This document shows, in pieces, positions 27,080 through 36,519 of a stretch of 38,417 bases of DNA (within the stretch, counting starts at the first letter, position 1; every line of letters begins with the position of its first letter). Origin of the DNA: Oscillospiraceae bacterium (lineage in GTDB: Bacteria > Bacillota > Clostridia > Christensenellales > Aristaeellaceae); assembly GCA_031266295.1 (NCBI GenBank), contig JAISBH010000157.1:1-38417 (forward strand), given 5' to 3'. The notes below the pieces were generated by a model. It was not told where the DNA came from. It was given only the letters and a program-made list of their open reading frames with translations, and made no database searches. The position numbers and the translations under genes are program-made.

Positions 27080-28087
27080 ATGCCACAAACCGACGTTCTT
27101 CTGGCCTACGCCACTGGCGGCAGCGTAATCACGCCCGCCGACGCGAAACGCCTGACTCATCTGAATCTGGCGTTCACGAAAATTGACAATCAGGGCGGAT
27201 TCTCGTGCGATCATCCGCTGCAAGCGAGTATAGGCGAACTGCGTGAACTGAATCCACGCCTGAAGATTATTTCGTCTATTATACCAGCACAACCGGACGC
27301 GTTCACGGTTTGCGCCGCCGATCCCGAGTTGAGAGTGAAAGCCGCGCGGAACTGCGCCGCGTTTCTTAACGAGTATGGTTACGACGGCGTAGACTTCGAC
27401 TGGGAATATCCATGCGTGCCGTCCAACGGCGTCGCCGCTACGGCGGCGGATAAACCCAACTTTACCGCGTTCCTCCGTGAAACCCGCAACGCTATCGGAC
27501 CCGATAAGCTGCTGACCATCGCCGCCGGGGCGGATGTGTACTATTGCGAATCCGTGGACATACCCTCCGTCAGCGGGATACTGGATTTCATCAACCTAAT
27601 GACATATGATTTGAAATGCGGATTCCACGCGCTGAGCGGGCATCACACAAACCTGTTCTCGTCAACGGGCGACTACTTCCACAACAGCTGCGCCCGGGCG
27701 ATGCGGCTATTTGAGGCGTACGGAGCGCCGAAGGAGAAGCTGGTGATGGGGGCGGCGTTCTATTCGCGCAAATGGGATAATGTGCCGGACTTCAACGGCG
27801 GTTATCTGCAGCTCACACCCAAGGGCGGCGGGTATGGTCCCGGATACGCGACACTGGCGGAGTCGTATATCGACAAAAACGGTTATGTCCGGCACTGGGA
27901 CGATGAGTCGAAGGCGCCGTACCTATTCAACGGCGACACGTTTATATCATACGACGATCCCGAGTCGATCGCGCATAAATGCGATTATGTGAAGTCGCGA
28001 GGCTTTCGAGGGCTATTCTATTGGGAGCACGCCAGCGATCCGTCGGGAATCCTGCTGGAAGCGTGTTACAAGGGTTTGTTTGAATAA
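27080..28087 (+). CDS. GH18 glycoside hydrolase (chitinase / endo-beta-N-acetylglucosaminidase-like), no signal peptide
   Basis: Catalytic DxxDxDxE motif YDGVDFDWEYP, plus MTYD and FYWE. The N-terminus MPQTDVLLAYATGG is not hydrophobic. Confidence 0.85.
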   Translation: MPQTDVLLAYATGGSVITPADAKRLTHLNLAFTKIDNQGGFSCDHPLQASIGELRELNPRLKIISSIIPAQPDAFTVCAADPELRVKAARNCAAFLNEYGYDGVDFDWEYPCVPSNGVAATAADKPNFTAFLRETRNAIGPDKLLTIAAGADVYYCESVDIPSVSGILDFINLMTYDLKCGFHALSGHHTNLFSSTGDYFHNSCARAMRLFEAYGAPKEKLVMGAAFYSRKWDNVPDFNGGYLQLTPKGGGYGPGYATLAESYIDKNGYVRHWDDESKAPYLFNGDTFISYDDPESIAHKCDYVKSRGFRGLFYWEHASDPSGILLEACYKGLFE

Positions 28088-28092
28088 CGATC

Positions 28093-28128
28093 GAAGCGGG
28101 GGAGGCTATGATCAGCCGCCTCCGCTTC
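28093..28128. terminator. Hairpin between convergent genes (candidate bidirectional terminator)
   Basis: GAAGCGGGGGAGGC / GCCGCCTCCGCTTC with an 8-nt loop, one mismatch and one G-U pair. Confidence 0.45.
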
Positions 28129-28165
28129 ATCAGTATGTCTCTTAGGTTTAACGCGCGCCGATACA

Positions 28166-28336
28166 CTATTTGACAGGTTTCGGGTTGCGCGCCGCGTACA
28201 GGTTCGCCAATGCCTCCGCCTTGTAGGAGCTGTCAACCGCGCTTGGCGCTATCCCAGTATAATCCGTCGCCGACGCTATCGCGCATAGGTTGTAGTACGG
28301 GTCGTCGAATATCGAAAATCCGCGCTTTGGATCCAT
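28166..28336 (-). CDS. Small hypothetical protein (56 aa)
   Basis: ATG 28336 follows GGGAGGTG by 6 nt. Sequence: MDPKRGFSIFDDPYYNLCAIASATDYTGIAPSAVDSSYKAEALANLYAARNPKPVK. No family recognised. Confidence 0.4.
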   Translation of the reverse strand: MDPKRGFSIFDDPYYNLCAIASATDYTGIAPSAVDSSYKAEALANLYAARNPKPVK

Positions 28337-28476
28337 TGTTCGCACCTCCCACGCCGATAGAATGCGCGATCGCGGTCTAGATGATGCTGGAAACAAATTA
28401 CAATGTAACGGGTATTGACATTGGCGCAGCCTCCTTCACGCCGCGTAGGGACCCCTTTGACGCTGCGGCGGAGGGG

Positions 28477-29253
28477 TTATCCCCCAACCCCAGCCGCCCT
28501 GACTCCCAACGTAACCAATATAAGCGCCAGCACCACGGCCAGCACAGCCTGTATCACTTTCGCTCCATTCTTGATGGCAAAGCCCGCTCCCAGCAAATTC
28601 CCCGCTATTGAAAACGCTGCGGCGGCCAACCCCAGCCACCAATCCACATACCCGCCTAACATGAAGCTGGCCAGGCTTGATACCCCGCTGGCCAGGTTGA
28701 CGACCTTCGCCGAACCGCTGGCTATGATGGGCGGCATACCCGTCACACCCGAGAACAGCAGTATCAGGAACGTGCCCGTCCCCGGCCCGATCATCCCATC
28801 GTAGAACCCGACTACCAACCCTATCACGGCGTACGCGGGGAACCGCCACGCTCCCGGCGTTATCTTACGCTGAAACTCGCCGCGTCGCGTTAACAGTATC
28901 ACACATACCACCGGCAGTACAAACATCATTATCTTAAGCGCCAGCGCCTCCGGTATGTGCTCCAACGCCTGCGCGCCCAAGAATGCGCCGGGCAGTGCGC
29001 CCGCCGTCGCTGTCAGCGCCGGAACCCACGCCACGTCGCCGCCTCGCGCGTACCTAATCACTGCGGCTATCGAACCAAAACTCGCCGATAGCTTGTTCGT
29101 TCCAGCCGACAGCCTCGCCAGCACGCCGCCGCTTCCCAGCGCCAGGTAATACGCGGGCAATGATATCAAACCGCCCCCGCCCGCGATCGAGTCTATGAAT
29201 CCCGCGAGCATACATAGCGGGCAAGCTATCAAGTATGGCAGTATTGCGGTCAT
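28477..29253 (-). CDS. TauE/SafE (TSUP) family anion exporter
   Basis: Motif IDSIAGGGGLISLPAYYL, an internal duplication of 4-TM halves, 258 aa. AAAGAGG RBS. Confidence 0.8.
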   Translation of the reverse strand: MTAILPYLIACPLCMLAGFIDSIAGGGGLISLPAYYLALGSGGVLARLSAGTNKLSASFGSIAAVIRYARGGDVAWVPALTATAGALPGAFLGAQALEHIPEALALKIMMFVLPVVCVILLTRRGEFQRKITPGAWRFPAYAVIGLVVGFYDGMIGPGTGTFLILLFSGVTGMPPIIASGSAKVVNLASGVSSLASFMLGGYVDWWLGLAAAAFSIAGNLLGAGFAIKNGAKVIQAVLAVVLALILVTLGVRAAGVGG

Positions 29254-29262
29254 AATGCCTCT

Positions 29263-30219
29263 TTATATCAGCGGAAGCGCCAGCGCGATAAGCGGCAGAG
29301 CAATCATAAGACTGATAGTTGACACCGCGACTCCAAGCGACGCGTACTCTCCGTCCGCGCCATAACCATGCGCTATGATTGCTACCTGGGTCATTGTAGC
29401 CATGCCTGTCTGCAGCACGAACACCTGCGCGGGTAATCCCCTAACGCCCAGCAACAAACACGACGCCAGCGTCAACGTGGGCGCGAGCATATACCGCACG
29501 AGCAACAGCGCGCCGAATCCGCGCTCCCACTTGAACCCTCCGCGCAGCGCATTGAACAGCATCGATCCTATGAATATCATAGACAGCGGGGTAACCAGTC
29601 CTCCTATGGAAGACGCGGCGTTCATTATTGGCGCGGGTAATGTTGCTCCAATCAGTACGAGAATAATTGAGATCATCAGCGTCACGAACGGTGGGCTGAC
29701 CAGACGCTTGAGCGTTGTAACGACAACCTGCCCGAAACCCGCGGCGATTGTTGGCTGATTGGTTCCATCACGCTGGATCTCGCCCACGCCTACCACCCAA
29801 AACATTGTCGTGTTCGCCAAGTAGTATGCCGTTGCGTATGGTATCCCTATCTCGCCGATGACGGCGCGCACGACGGGGAATCCGATGAAAACCGTATTGC
29901 TGAACGCACACAGCGCGGTAAACACGCCTTGCCTCTTCTCAGGCACCCGAATCAGCTTTGCGAACCACCGCGCCGCGAACGCCCATATCAGCATGTTCGA
30001 TACTGGCACGATCAGCAGGTACGCGGAACCTAGAAGCTCGCCGCGCGTGAACGTGGTCAGCATAGTTGACAGAATAGTGCCTGGCAGAGCGGCGCGCACT
30101 ACCAGCGCGGACAGCAGCCGATTGCCCTCCTCCGCCAGATAACCCTTCCAGGCGAAGAAACAGCCGACGCCCATCAATATAAGCATCGTCGCCACAGCGG
30201 TCAGCGCGTTAGTGAACAT
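29263..30219 (-). CDS. AEC (auxin efflux carrier) family membrane transporter
   Basis: About ten hydrophobic segments and a family-like N-terminus MFTNALTAVATMLILMGVGCFFAWKGYL. ATG 30219 overlaps the lysC stop by 11 nt. Confidence 0.75.
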   Translation of the reverse strand: MFTNALTAVATMLILMGVGCFFAWKGYLAEEGNRLLSALVVRAALPGTILSTMLTTFTRGELLGSAYLLIVPVSNMLIWAFAARWFAKLIRVPEKRQGVFTALCAFSNTVFIGFPVVRAVIGEIGIPYATAYYLANTTMFWVVGVGEIQRDGTNQPTIAAGFGQVVVTTLKRLVSPPFVTLMISIILVLIGATLPAPIMNAASSIGGLVTPLSMIFIGSMLFNALRGGFKWERGFGALLLVRYMLAPTLTLASCLLLGVRGLPAQVFVLQTGMATMTQVAIIAHGYGADGEYASLGVAVSTISLMIALPLIALALPLI

Positions 30220-31570
30220 CGCCGCCACTTTCGTCGATGAACGTCCCGTATATGGCGCGCACGGCTTTATCGAAATCCTGGCTTGACACTCCGACAATAA
30301 TATTCAGCTCGCTGGATCCCTGGTCGATCATGCGCACGTTCACGTGCGCTTCGCTCAGCGCGTCAAACAGTCTGGACGCAATGCCGCGCTGGCGCACCAT
30401 GCCCCTACCCACCGTCGCTATCAGCGCCATGTCCTCGTGAATCTCTATTGAATCCGGTTCGGTAAGCTCGTATATGCGCGTGATCAGCCTCTCTCGGGCC
30501 TTATCCAGCGCTTCCTTGTGAAGCACTACGCACATGGTGTCGATGCCAGTGGGCAGATGCTCGAACGATATACCGCATTCCTCGACCGCCTGCAGCACGC
30601 GGCGGCCGAATCCCAGTTCCGCGTTCATCATCGCTTTCTCAATTACGATGATCGCGAAGCCTTTACGTCCCGCGATGCCGGTGATGCCTGCCAGCGGTTC
30701 GCCTTGCGCGTGAGGGAGTATCAGCGTGCCGGGGTGCTCCGGCTCGTTGGTGTTGCGAATATTGATGGGAATGCCCGCCTTGCGCACCGGGAATATCGCG
30801 TCTTCATGCAGCACGGTCGCGCCCATATACGATAATTCGCGCAGCTCGCGGTATGTTATCTGCTCTATCCGGCGCGGATTCTTGACGATGCGCGGGTCGG
30901 CGGTGAGAAATCCGGATACGTCCGTCCAATTCTCGTATAAGTCCGCGTCTGCGGCGCGAGCGACTATCGCGCCGGTCACGTCGCTGCCACCGCGCGAGAA
31001 CGTCCTGATTGTGCCGTCGGGCATGTTTCCGTAAAAGCCCGGTATAACGGCGTACTCATGGGTCAACAGGGCGTGCGCGCACTCCAATTGAGTGCGTTCC
31101 GAGTCGAACGTGCCGTCATCCCTAAACCACACGCAGTGCGCCGGATCGATGAACGCCCAGCCCATCAGCGCGGACAGCAGCAATCCGTTCAGATATTCGC
31201 CCCGGCTGGCTGCGTAATCGGCTGTCGGTTCCTGCGGTATTCGGCGTTCAATATTGTCGAGTTCGCCTTCTAGATCCACGTTCAGCTCCAGGGCGGAGGC
31301 TATGTCCAGGAAACGGCGGCGAATCTCGCTGAATATCCGCTCGTATTCGCGCGCATGGTCTATCGCTTCGCGGGACTCGCTTCCTATGGCTTGAGCCAGA
31401 TCGTGACATCGATATAATAAGTCCGTTATCTTATGGTCGGCGCTGTGCCGCCGTCCTGGCGCGGATGGGATCACGTACCGCCGCGCGGGATCGCTGCGCA
31501 GTATCTCACGCACCTTCAGGAACTGCTCCGAGTCCGACAGCGAACTGCCGCCAAACTTGGCTACTATCAA
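30209..31570 (-). CDS. lysC: Aspartate kinase
   Basis: IVAKFGGSSL kinase motif, SRGGSDVTG, and C-terminal ACT repeats. TTG 31570 is preferred because it lies 9 nt after AGGAG; TTG 31579 directly abuts the RBS. Confidence 0.88.
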   Translation of the reverse strand: MIVAKFGGSSLSDSEQFLKVREILRSDPARRYVIPSAPGRRHSADHKITDLLYRCHDLAQAIGSESREAIDHAREYERIFSEIRRRFLDIASALELNVDLEGELDNIERRIPQEPTADYAASRGEYLNGLLLSALMGWAFIDPAHCVWFRDDGTFDSERTQLECAHALLTHEYAVIPGFYGNMPDGTIRTFSRGGSDVTGAIVARAADADLYENWTDVSGFLTADPRIVKNPRRIEQITYRELRELSYMGATVLHEDAIFPVRKAGIPINIRNTNEPEHPGTLILPHAQGEPLAGITGIAGRKGFAIIVIEKAMMNAELGFGRRVLQAVEECGISFEHLPTGIDTMCVVLHKEALDKARERLITRIYELTEPDSIEIHEDMALIATVGRGMVRQRGIASRLFDALSEAHVNVRMIDQGSSELNIIVGVSSQDFDKAVRAIYGTFIDESGGDVH

Positions 31571-31711
31571 TGGTAACAACTCCTAACGATATTTGTTGAT
31601 AATTTCATCATATGTGGAGTCGGCTAAAATGTACTGTGCTTCTTTGGTTTTCTTTTAAATCGACAGTTCCTCCGCAAACACTTGCACATTCGACGGTATG
31701 TTGGGCTGTAT

Positions 31712-32560
31712 TTATCCTAGCCAGACGCCGTCGAATACAAACGTCGCCGGGCCGGTCATCAGCACGGGGTTGTCGCCGCCCAGCCAGTCGATCGCCAGAT
31801 CGCCACCGCGCAGGGTTATGCGCGTCTCGCCGAATCCCACGCGGCCTGTGCGCTTCGCCGCTACCGCAGCCGCGCACGCGGCTGTGCCGCACGCCATCGT
31901 CTCGCCCGAGCCGCGTTCCCAAACACGCATCTTCAGCCGATTATCGGATATGCGCTTGACGAACCCCACGTTCACCCGTTCCGGGAACATCTCATGATTC
32001 TCCAGCATTTTGCCATACGCCTCAAACCCTTTGAGCGTGAACGGGTCCTCTTCTATGAACAGCACCGCGTGCGGATTGCCCATCGATACGCACGTCATTG
32101 GGAACGTTCTGCCGACAATCTCTATCGCGTGCTCTATCACCGAGTCGCCGTCCAGCGCGACGGGTATCTTCGACGGCGTGAACACCGGCGCGCCCATGTC
32201 CACCCGCACCGCGCTTACGGTCTCGCCATCCTTGATGATCGTCAGATTTTTAATACCACCGCCCGTTTCCAAAGTGAAGCTGGTCATGTTCTTGCCGATC
32301 AGCCCTCGCTCGTACGCATACTTGGCAATGCACCGCGCGCCGTTGCCGCACATCTGAGCCTCGCTGCCGTCGTTATTGAACATCCGCATCCGCAGATCGG
32401 CCTTGTCGCTGGGCAGTATCAGTATAATCCCGTCCGATCCTACACCCGTGTGATAGGCGCTCATGCTGACGGACAGCGACGCCGGATTGTCCACCTGCTC
32501 CTCAAATCCATTGATATAAATATAATCGTTCCCAATGCCATGCATCTTCGTAAACCGCAT
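31712..32560 (-). CDS. dapF: Diaminopimelate epimerase
   Basis: MRFTKMHGIGNDY, with catalytic cysteines in MCGNGARC and MACGTAACA. ATG 32560 follows GGAGGT by 5 nt. Confidence 0.9.
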   Translation of the reverse strand: MRFTKMHGIGNDYIYINGFEEQVDNPASLSVSMSAYHTGVGSDGIILILPSDKADLRMRMFNNDGSEAQMCGNGARCIAKYAYERGLIGKNMTSFTLETGGGIKNLTIIKDGETVSAVRVDMGAPVFTPSKIPVALDGDSVIEHAIEIVGRTFPMTCVSMGNPHAVLFIEEDPFTLKGFEAYGKMLENHEMFPERVNVGFVKRISDNRLKMRVWERGSGETMACGTAACAAAVAAKRTGRVGFGETRITLRGGDLAIDWLGGDNPVLMTGPATFVFDGVWLG

Positions 32561-32648
32561 ACCGTACCTCCATCCTAGGCCGTTTGACAATTATTATCAG
32601 TAGTATATCACGCCGCCATGCTCTTTACCAGAATCCGGGTGAAAATTC

Positions 32649-32677
32649 TTGCGCTTTGCCGGAATACAGTGTAGAAT
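32649..32677 (+). promoter_or_regulatory. Candidate promoter for metG
   Basis: TTGCGC (32649-32654), a 17-nt spacer, then TAGAAT (32672-32677). Confidence 0.45.
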
Positions 32678-32793
32678 GCCATTTATTGACCCATATTAGC
32701 GTGAGGGGGTCTGATTTGTGGTACAGTCCGCGGTATTAATGCCGCAGCCTCGCGGCTTAAACTAATATACAGGTAAATAAAAGGAGGCGCCCC

Positions 32794-34740
32794 ATGCCGG
32801 ATAGATTCTACATTACAACTCCTATATACTACCCCAGCGACAACCTGCACATCGGGCACAGTTACTGCTCGGTTGCGGCGGATACGCTGGCGCGCTTCAA
32901 GAAACTGACCGGACACGAGGTATATTTCCTTACCGGATTGGACGAACATGGCCAGAAGGTCGCGGAGAAGGCCGCGCAGCAGGGTACCGATCCTCAATCC
33001 TATGTCGACGCGATCGCCGAGAGTACGAAGAACTTGTGGCGCGTCATGGACGTGGAGTATGACGACTTCATTCGCACGACCGAGCCGCGCCACGAGAAGA
33101 TCGTCCAGCAGATATACGAGCGGCTGCTCGCGACGGGCGACCTGTACAAGTCGGAATATGAGGGGCTGTACTGCACGCCGTGCGAGGCGTTCTGGACCCA
33201 GACTCAGGCCAAGAATGGGCTGTGTCCCGACTGCGGTCGCCCCGTGCATTCTGAAAAAGAGGAAAGCTACTTCCTGCGTCTGTCCAAGTATCAGGACTGG
33301 ATAATCGAGTATATCGAATCCCACCCTGACTTCATCCAACCCAAGACGCGCACGAACGAGATGCTCGCATTCCTGCGCTCCGGATTGAACGACCTGTGTG
33401 TGAGCCGCACATCGTTTACATGGGGCGTGCCGCTGCCGTTCGACCCTAAGCATATCGCATACGTATGGATTGACGCTCTCTCCAACTATATCACCGCGCT
33501 GGGCTTCGGCACCGACCATGACGAATTGTACAGGAAGTTCTGGCCCGCCAACGTCCATCTAGTGGGCAAGGAGATCGTGCGATTCCACTCGATATACTGG
33601 CCGATCATGCTCAAGATGCTGGACATACCCATTCCGCGCCAGATATTCGGCCACGGCTGGCTGCTCATCGACGGGCAGAAGATGAGCAAGTCGCTGGGCA
33701 ATGTCATCGATCCGAACGTCCTGTGCGCGCGGTACGGTTCAGACGCTGTGCGCCACTTCCTGCTGCGCGAAGTGCCGTTCGGCGCGGACGGCAACTATAC
33801 CCACGCCGCGCTGCTCACCCGCATGAACGCGGACCTGTCCAACGATCTAGGCAACCTCATCAGCCGAACCACGGCCATGATCGCCCAGTATTTCGGCGGC
33901 GTTATGCCTGAACCGTCCGACAAGACCGAGCTTGAGGATACACTGGAATCCCACCTGCTCACGCTGCCTTCGGAGGTTGAGTCCGCCATGGATGCGCTGC
34001 AGTTCTCCGCCGCGCTGGCCGCGATATGGCGCGTGATAGGCGAATGCAACAAGTATATCGACCAGACCACGCCGTGGATTCTCGCCAAGGATCCCGATAA
34101 ACGTGGACGTTTGGCGACAGTGCTGTATTACCTTGCGGAGGCGGCCAGGTTTGTCGCGGTGCTGATCAGCTCGTTTATGCCTGGAACGCCGCGAAGGATA
34201 TTCGAGCAGCTGGGCATTGCCGAACCGGAACTGAAGGATTGGGCTTCGCTGAAATCATTAACCCTCAAGATCGTCGGGCATACCGTCACGAAGGGCGACG
34301 CACTATTCCCGCGCATCGACATCAAGAAGGAATTAGAGGGACTGGCGGTGCCCGTGCCAGTTCAATCCACTACGGAACCCTCAGCCGCTGAGGCTGCGAA
34401 ACAGGAAACGCCGCCTACCATCGCCATCGACGATTTCGCAAAGATCAAACTGGTCACAGCGAAGGTATTGGCCGCCGAACGCGTCCCCAAGTCCGATAAA
34501 CTGCTCAAACTCACGCTGGACGACGGCTCCGGCGAACGCACCGTGCTAAGCGGCGTTGCGCAGTGGTACACGCCGGAGTCCATGGTCGGCAAGACGGTCG
34601 CGCTGCTGGCCAACCTTGCGCCCCGCAAGATGCGCGGCACGGTCTCGGAGGGGATGATCCTCGCTGCATCGGACGACAAGGGAAACCTGCGGCTCGTAAC
34701 GCTCGACGGCGACATGCCCGCAGGTTCCGAGATAGGATGA
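32794..34740 (+). CDS. metG: Methionine--tRNA ligase with C-terminal tRNA-binding (Trbp111/EMAP-like) domain
   Basis: HIGH motif NLHIGH, KMSKS motif KMSKSLGN, and a zinc knuckle CTPCE...CPDCG. AAGGAGG RBS. Confidence 0.95.
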   Translation: MPDRFYITTPIYYPSDNLHIGHSYCSVAADTLARFKKLTGHEVYFLTGLDEHGQKVAEKAAQQGTDPQSYVDAIAESTKNLWRVMDVEYDDFIRTTEPRHEKIVQQIYERLLATGDLYKSEYEGLYCTPCEAFWTQTQAKNGLCPDCGRPVHSEKEESYFLRLSKYQDWIIEYIESHPDFIQPKTRTNEMLAFLRSGLNDLCVSRTSFTWGVPLPFDPKHIAYVWIDALSNYITALGFGTDHDELYRKFWPANVHLVGKEIVRFHSIYWPIMLKMLDIPIPRQIFGHGWLLIDGQKMSKSLGNVIDPNVLCARYGSDAVRHFLLREVPFGADGNYTHAALLTRMNADLSNDLGNLISRTTAMIAQYFGGVMPEPSDKTELEDTLESHLLTLPSEVESAMDALQFSAALAAIWRVIGECNKYIDQTTPWILAKDPDKRGRLATVLYYLAEAARFVAVLISSFMPGTPRRIFEQLGIAEPELKDWASLKSLTLKIVGHTVTKGDALFPRIDIKKELEGLAVPVPVQSTTEPSAAEAAKQETPPTIAIDDFAKIKLVTAKVLAAERVPKSDKLLKLTLDDGSGERTVLSGVAQWYTPESMVGKTVALLANLAPRKMRGTVSEGMILAASDDKGNLRLVTLDGDMPAGSEIG

Positions 34741-35570
34741 ACACAGCTCATGACTTAAGGGTTGGAGGCGGCGCGCCCCTCTCCAACTTGATAGACACGC
34801 ACGCCCATCTGGACGACGCGCGGTTTGACGCAGACCGCGAGGATGTATTACGCCGCATGGCTGACGCGGGCGTTACGCGCTGCGTCACTATCGGCGCGGA
34901 TCGCGGGTCGTCCGAGGCGGCGGTAACCCTTGCTGAATCACCCAATCCATATGGGATAAAACTGTACGTCGCGGTCGGCGTTCATCCCGAAAACGCGGCC
35001 GCGTTCACTGCGTCGGACGAGGCGTGGATGCGCGCGCTGACATTGAATGCCAGCGTCAAGGCTATAGGCGAGATCGGCCTGGACTACCATTACGACGACG
35101 GTCCGCCGCGCGACTTGCAAAGGTTCGCGTTCGAGACGCAGTTTAGCTGGGCTGGGAAATGGAATCTGCCGGTCGTGCTGCATATACGCGACGCTCACGA
35201 CGAGATGCTTGAGTTCCTGCGTTCTATGAACGCCACACGTCCCCGCGAGATCATACTGCATTGCTATTCCGGCGACTGGGAGCAGGCGCAGGCCTACCTT
35301 GGCCTGGGCTGCGTTATATCCTTCGCCGGAAACACAACGTTCAAGAACGCGCGCAACCTGCGCGAAACCGCGCGCAACATCCCCCTGGACAGACTGTTGA
35401 TTGAGACGGACTGTCCATACCTCGCGCCCGAACCCATGCGCGGCAAACGCAACGAACCCGCGTTCGTCGCTTATACAGCCGCAAGGATTGCCGAACTACG
35501 CGGCGTCGATCCGCAGGAATTGGCGGACGCTGCGTCTGTGAACGCGATACGCATATTCGACATCAAATAG
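34737..35570 (+). CDS. tatD: TatD-family metal-dependent hydrolase (YabD-like)
   Basis: LIDTHAHLDD, AIGEIGLDYHY, VVLHIRDAH and LLIETDCPYLAP. ATG 34737 overlaps the metG stop as ATGA. Confidence 0.85.
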   Translation: MNTAHDLRVGGGAPLSNLIDTHAHLDDARFDADREDVLRRMADAGVTRCVTIGADRGSSEAAVTLAESPNPYGIKLYVAVGVHPENAAAFTASDEAWMRALTLNASVKAIGEIGLDYHYDDGPPRDLQRFAFETQFSWAGKWNLPVVLHIRDAHDEMLEFLRSMNATRPREIILHCYSGDWEQAQAYLGLGCVISFAGNTTFKNARNLRETARNIPLDRLLIETDCPYLAPEPMRGKRNEPAFVAYTAARIAELRGVDPQELADAASVNAIRIFDIK

Positions 35571-35579
35571 TGAAGGCGC

Positions 35580-35641
35580 GGCGGACGGCGATTAACGACG
35601 GTTTACGCTCATAAGCGTGAAGCAGTCGTTCGCCGTCCGCC
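35580..35641 (+). other. Three-tier stem-loop between tatD and rsmA
   Basis: Outer perfect 12-bp stem GGCGGACGGCGA (35580-35591) / TCGCCGTCCGCC (35630-35641). Middle stem ACGAC (35595-35599) / GTCGT (35625-35629). Inner stem ACGCT (35605-35609) / AGCGT (35614-35618). No U-tract follows. Confidence 0.55.
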
Positions 35642-35661
35642 TCCGTGTGTGGATCATACGC

Positions 35662-36519
35662 ATGAATGTTAAGCATAGCTCCGCGAGAAACAAAAGCCTC
35701 GGCCAGAACTTCCTGACGGACGTCTCGCTGCTGGATCGGCTGGCCGAGGGTTCAGGCGTCGCGCCGACAGACGCGGTGCTGGAGATCGGCGCGGGACTGG
35801 GCGGGCTGACCACCGCGCTGGCAAAGCGCGCTAAGTCGGTACTGGCTGTCGAGATCGACCGATCTCTGGAACCGGCGCTCCGCACCGCCGTATCACCCTA
35901 TCCCAATGTAGAAGTGTGCATCGCCGATGGGATGAAGCTGGACTGGGCGTCATGGGCGAGCGGCTGCCTTGCCTCCCGCATAGGAGGAGACGCTGGCGTG
36001 AGGATGGGGGCGGGCGGCAGTGTTCGCTTCGTATCCAACCTGCCGTATTACATCACGACGCCGCTGCTGACTCGCGCGTTCAAGATGAACCCACCGTTCG
36101 GTGGCATAGCGTGCATGGTACAGCGGGAGGTGGCGCGCAAACTGTGCGCGCTGCCCGGCGATGATGATTACGGGCCGCTTGGTATATGGGCGCGTGTACG
36201 GTTTACGCCACGTATCGTGATGGACGTGCCTGCCGCCGCGTTCGATCCGCCGCCGAATGTAGATTCGTGCTTTGTAATATGCGTCGCGCTAGACGCGCCG
36301 TTGGTGGAGGTTGAGGATTACGCGCGGTTCGAACGCTTGGTTAACGCGGCGTTTGCGTCTCGGCGCAAGGCGCTGCGTAATAACCTGCGCGCGGGGTTTT
36401 CGTTAACGGCTGAACAGGCGGCTTCCGTGCTGGAACAGGCGGGATTGCCTGAAAACGTACGAGCGGAAGAACTCTCGGCCGAGGGATTCGCGGCGCTTAT
36501 ACGGGCGTTATTTTGTTAA
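35662..36519 (+). CDS. rsmA: 16S rRNA (adenine1518/1519-N6)-dimethyltransferase
   Basis: LGQNFL, SAM motif VLEIGAGLGGLT, and VSNLPYYITTP. ATG 35662 is preferred because the track GTG 35617 sits inside the innermost stem of the upstream hairpin. Confidence 0.85.
   Translation: MNVKHSSARNKSLGQNFLTDVSLLDRLAEGSGVAPTDAVLEIGAGLGGLTTALAKRAKSVLAVEIDRSLEPALRTAVSPYPNVEVCIADGMKLDWASWASGCLASRIGGDAGVRMGAGGSVRFVSNLPYYITTPLLTRAFKMNPPFGGIACMVQREVARKLCALPGDDDYGPLGIWARVRFTPRIVMDVPAAAFDPPPNVDSCFVICVALDAPLVEVEDYARFERLVNAAFASRRKALRNNLRAGFSLTAEQAASVLEQAGLPENVRAEELSAEGFAALIRALFC

Noticed and set aside
28413-28418. TTGACA hexamer on the plus strand between the small ORF and the TauE gene.
   Set aside because: There is no acceptable -10 element 16-18 nt downstream and no plus-strand gene to drive.
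31571-31711. Lysine riboswitch (L-box) upstream of lysC.
   Set aside because: The spacer is only ~140 nt and AT-rich. Read on the minus strand, it lacks the conserved L-box helices and core motifs I remember (AGAGGCGC, GGGAG, GCCGAAG). No terminator or antiterminator pair is evident.
32678-32793. T-box leader upstream of metG.
   Set aside because: The leader from the predicted TSS is only ~110 nt. It shows one short GC hairpin and has no T-box consensus or specifier-loop architecture.
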